From assembly GCA_021463465.1 (NCBI GenBank), contig JAJTYH010000003.1, positions 3,043 through 67,042 on the forward strand: a DNA stretch of 64,000 nt. Reading direction: 5' to 3'. The notes under the pieces were generated by a model, which was not told the DNA's origin, ran no database searches, and saw nothing but the letters and a program-made list of their open reading frames with translations. How positions within the stretch are numbered: the first letter of the stretch is position 1; the number at the start of each line of letters is the position of its first letter. This stretch comes from a bacterium. GTDB lineage: Bacteria > Patescibacteriota > Dojkabacteria > SC72. Both the position numbers and the translations under genes were made by a program. Shown piece after piece: positions 62,901-64,000 of this stretch.

Positions 62901-64000
62901 GCGTGTGTATGAGTAGCGGCCCCACCCGTACCACCTGGCGTTGCATTTCCTCTAGGGAATTTACCATCAAGGGCTGTATATCTTTGCCAGCCAAGCGGAG
63001 GGAGTTGATTTACAATAATGATCGAACCTGAAGGCAATTGACCTGCACTATCTTTAGAAGCAAAGAGTAGGTCTAGGTATGGAGGCAATGTGCTTGCATT
63101 TTCAAGGCTACCTGATGGAATTGAATGGAGGTGAGCGAGCTTCACCTCGCTGCTTGAAAGCTGATAAAAGTTCGCTGCAGGTGAGGTTGACCCTGTGTAT
63201 CCAGATCCATAGTAAATAGCGATTCTTCCGTTACCTCCAGTAGCGGTATCAGCAGCACTACCTCCTGTAGCCGTTACTAGACTACTACCCAAAGTAACTG
63301 AATCACCTTTTATAAGTATTCCTCCACCAGCGCCACCTCCTCCATCTCCTCCATAAGCATTTGGGGCTGCAGTTCCAGCGCCACCATTACTTGTTACGCT
63401 TGCGCCAGAGTTAAGGCTTACCGTTGACCCATAAATCATTATAATTCCTCCGCCTCTCCCACCTGCACCACCAAATTGACCTGTACCATTACCACTTTCA
63501 CCGCCGCCACCACTACCACCACCAGATCCAAGGAATATACTACTAAGATTTGCTGGACCAACACTACCACCACCACCACCACCTCCCCCATAATCAGTAT
63601 TTCCTAAATCCTGGCCGGCACCACTACTTCCCGAAGCACCATTACCATCGGAATTCGTTGTACCATTTGACCCTGAGTTTGCACCAGTGTCGCCACCATA
63701 CCCACCTTGTCCAGCAGTCCCATATCCTCCTCCTCCTCCATCACCACCATACCCATTTTCTGAGGCTCCTGTACCAAAAGCAGCACCTCCTCCTCCACCA
63801 GTACCTCCTGACGATGAACCTGATTTAGAAGGATATGCTGTCGTATCAGAACTGCCACCACCACCTCCTCCACAAGTTCCTGAGGCATTGTTTTCTATAC
63901 CTCTATCACCACCCTGTCCTCCCCAATTAGAAGGATTACAAAGCGATCCGCCTCCCCTACCACCTCCGAAACCATCATCCCCTTCAACTGCACCTTCATG
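56906..64000 (-). CDS. Giant surface protein: Gly-rich region, tail-collar-like motif, many FN3 repeats, TMs, carboxypeptidase-regulatory-like domains (5' end likely outside the window)
   Basis: Frame continues upstream of the 63439 ATG as Gly-rich sequence toward the window edge; repeated L.PNT.YTF.VKARN..G.ET. Confidence 0.88.
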   Translation of the reverse strand, partial: HEGAVEGDDGFGGGRGGGSLCNPSNWGGQGGDRGIENNASGTCGGGGGGSSDTTAYPSKSGSSSGGTGGGGGAAFGTGASENGYGGDGGGGGYGTAGQGGYGGDTGANSGSNGTTNSDGNGASGSSGAGQDLGNTDYGGGGGGGGSVGPANLSSIFLGSGGGSGGGGESGNGTGQFGGAGGRGGGIIMIYGSTVSLNSGASVTSNGGAGTAAPNAYGGDGGGGAGGGILIKGDSVTLGSSLVTATGGSAADTATGGNGRIAIYYGSGYTGSTSPAANFYQLSSSEVKLAHLHSIPSGSLENASTLPPYLDLLFASKDSAGQLPSGSIIIVNQLPPLGWQRYTALDGKFPRGNATPGGTGGAATHTHALNLSTSVDSGSNKVTSYGTVTTTASASHTHSCSAITDSQSSLPPYLQVIYAQRKDNSGDSVSFTVGSEELNVPDTPTATAPSALSTTSIRWTFTDNADNEDGVKVFDMLGNLKATCVGADIAYCDETGLSPNVSYQRQLKAYNENGDSQTYSSSISRYTLIQTPSIALGTITTSEIPLTASGVSNETEGSSGIYFDCTGTSCDTGLNAWQTSMNATATSLSDNTQYTFRVKGRNGDGVETAYSSNVTIYTLASVPSISYGSVGPTSIEVLTSGTSNLGQGQSAVMFDCTTAGCNESGSWDSDGAEIISGLIPNTQYTFRVKTRNGDGIETAYSSTSNKYSAANTPLVPSFAEVSSNYVKIALNSDLNSNPTSTEYAFFEESSSKYVNGTTNQLQVAPFWYTASSWGTNFQVNNLDEGLQYTFKVKARNSENTETAYSSSISTYTNLLTPNILTPVAVDGDTISWRFNNNGLNETGFKLYDGGDSFIANCTANLVSGDTYECVENSLNVNTSYTRKLSAYNGGTESSKSSSSTLYTLSVTPDAPSITAGQTTATIGINPGGNPTYTKFKILIDDTYYVDGNGSLVTSPATWKTEAEWEGITITSLTPNTSYFATVIARNESNVETSQSSQGQFVTLAADSVAPSVSSLSSTVINVKINPQTNPSNTEFAVFEDVTDQYLNPANGQLVSEVQWGTYAQWGGTSGVDSIGLSSNTQYTYKVKARNINNIEGALSTGSSIYTRSKTPNAPTLSALSTTVLKLVLDVNNNPSNTEFSVQVGGSNYINHQTGVAQGSADWATYAQWGGSNGLGVSGLSPNNGYTFQVMARNGDQVVTVFGSSATKYTFANTPGVPDVQRISSATARVTLDSNGNPASVTYAVQEVNSGDYVNSSGNFVQNEAWDQFADYGGDSGFIASGLEPGVGYAFRVKARNNDGEETSYSNASGEYEALGAPTMGTPEVLSSTSIRWKFTEDLTNEVGFRVFDESGVQVAQCASSNITYCDEFGLTANTSYTRKVAAYDSNGNGDFTSTATITTFANIPDAPNVSAVSNTSINVKINTGSNNTTTSYALLETVSGLYVNPGNGSLGTTPTWSSYSDFGQTTGVNVVGLFANAQYTFAVKAKNSDNVETDVSLTGQKYTHAAPLDLPILEAVSDTSVRIKVSNGGNPPATQFSIRENSLKYVPKSGGNLSDSAIWGTYSEFGSSNGVVVTGLTPNATYTFKVYVRNGDEVVSFETEGVQVTTLAPRPVPLGLSNLSTNSIKLKLDNQYSSSTSSFSIKIDGLDKFVNLSGAQVDSPVWGTYAQWGGSSGVTVTQLVPGKFYTFLVKSRNQQNVETEYSDAATAHTNALVPGEPTFNTQSTTGGRIRLVNPGNDSLVLYAIFEVASGKFVSKEDGTLKSTASWGTYEEFGGNNGFLIKGLPSASDFEFKVKARNGNNVETIYGTKIIVKTNAVVFSAPAGVTVVLKDLPEVNVAQFEGAQRGEKELKVTKGDLLIADLPVLFDSDKDWSSVRADSSKLENKAVFKITQQQGLSGNFTLYTPAGETTRFRLCPGSLTLADVNSNCEGGVIFEGVFPQTKKIEGEDVVVHKEKIGNIDYWVASGLSGTGGMGEIVEVESPVSEPTEGNQVTPTEEELTEEDIVIPTESLVKGINNPTVKKVADAVLVKAPKATIVAAKKVSKIIDATPVGKLSEPQLSVVASAATATTVSVGIAVFAGGFTNIPYFLIQLLVSILSFFGFIKKSRPYGLVYDAVSKKPINRAVVRIYNTSERLVWTDVTSAFGTFGASLPPGKYKVLVVKPGYTYPSKIVPGHVDYPLEPVYHGELVNFMRKSMFNIVVPMDPKALSPISKVFAQFLSSASILVKIFHITLFFGGLALGAYTYFKFPSPLNLTAVLLYLPASMLLIKNITIKKQSFGMVVEKSGSPVEGVTVTLKEMKFDRYVGKRVTDKEGQYQFVMPNDTYQLGVMDERYKAVRYEGGSSIITKKRKAKEIVVDRGIIVKKK

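Noticed and set aside
56906-64000. Diversity-generating retroelement target in the giant protein
   Set aside because: No reverse transcriptase and no TR/VR pair with adenine-specific mismatches seen; the FN3 repeats are diverged at DNA level

Overview
A bacterial chromosome segment with most genes on the - strand. It looks like a Patescibacteria/CPR genome of the Microgenomates-WWE3-Dojkabacteria side; this is inferred from the divergent 16S 530 loop, 23S group I intron, VirB2-like pilin array, ATP-dependent DNA ligase and tRNA-Ile(UAU). Contents: housekeeping genes (leuS, rho, radA, clpC, rpsA, greA, nth, polA, ftsH, efp, smpB, nfo, a UvrD-nuclease fusion); one rRNA operon (16S, tRNA-Ile, tRNA-Ala, 23S with an L1923 LAGLIDADG intron, 5S); eight tRNAs; surface-protein clusters; and an accessory region after tRNA-Ser. 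Best leads: (1) an integrase-less array of small gene cassettes behind tRNA-Ser(GCU), bounded by five attL/attR-like repeats of graded decay; (2) a Leu-rich leader peptide whose mRNA can pair with the leuS start region, a candidate translational attenuator; (3) polA split exactly at a G_GGA_AAG -1 slippery heptamer; (4) a putative fibre-subunit, chaperone-like, dockerin and cohesin operon; (5) two promoter-driven structured RNA candidates. All calls come from motifs and base pairing read by eye; no database searches were run.
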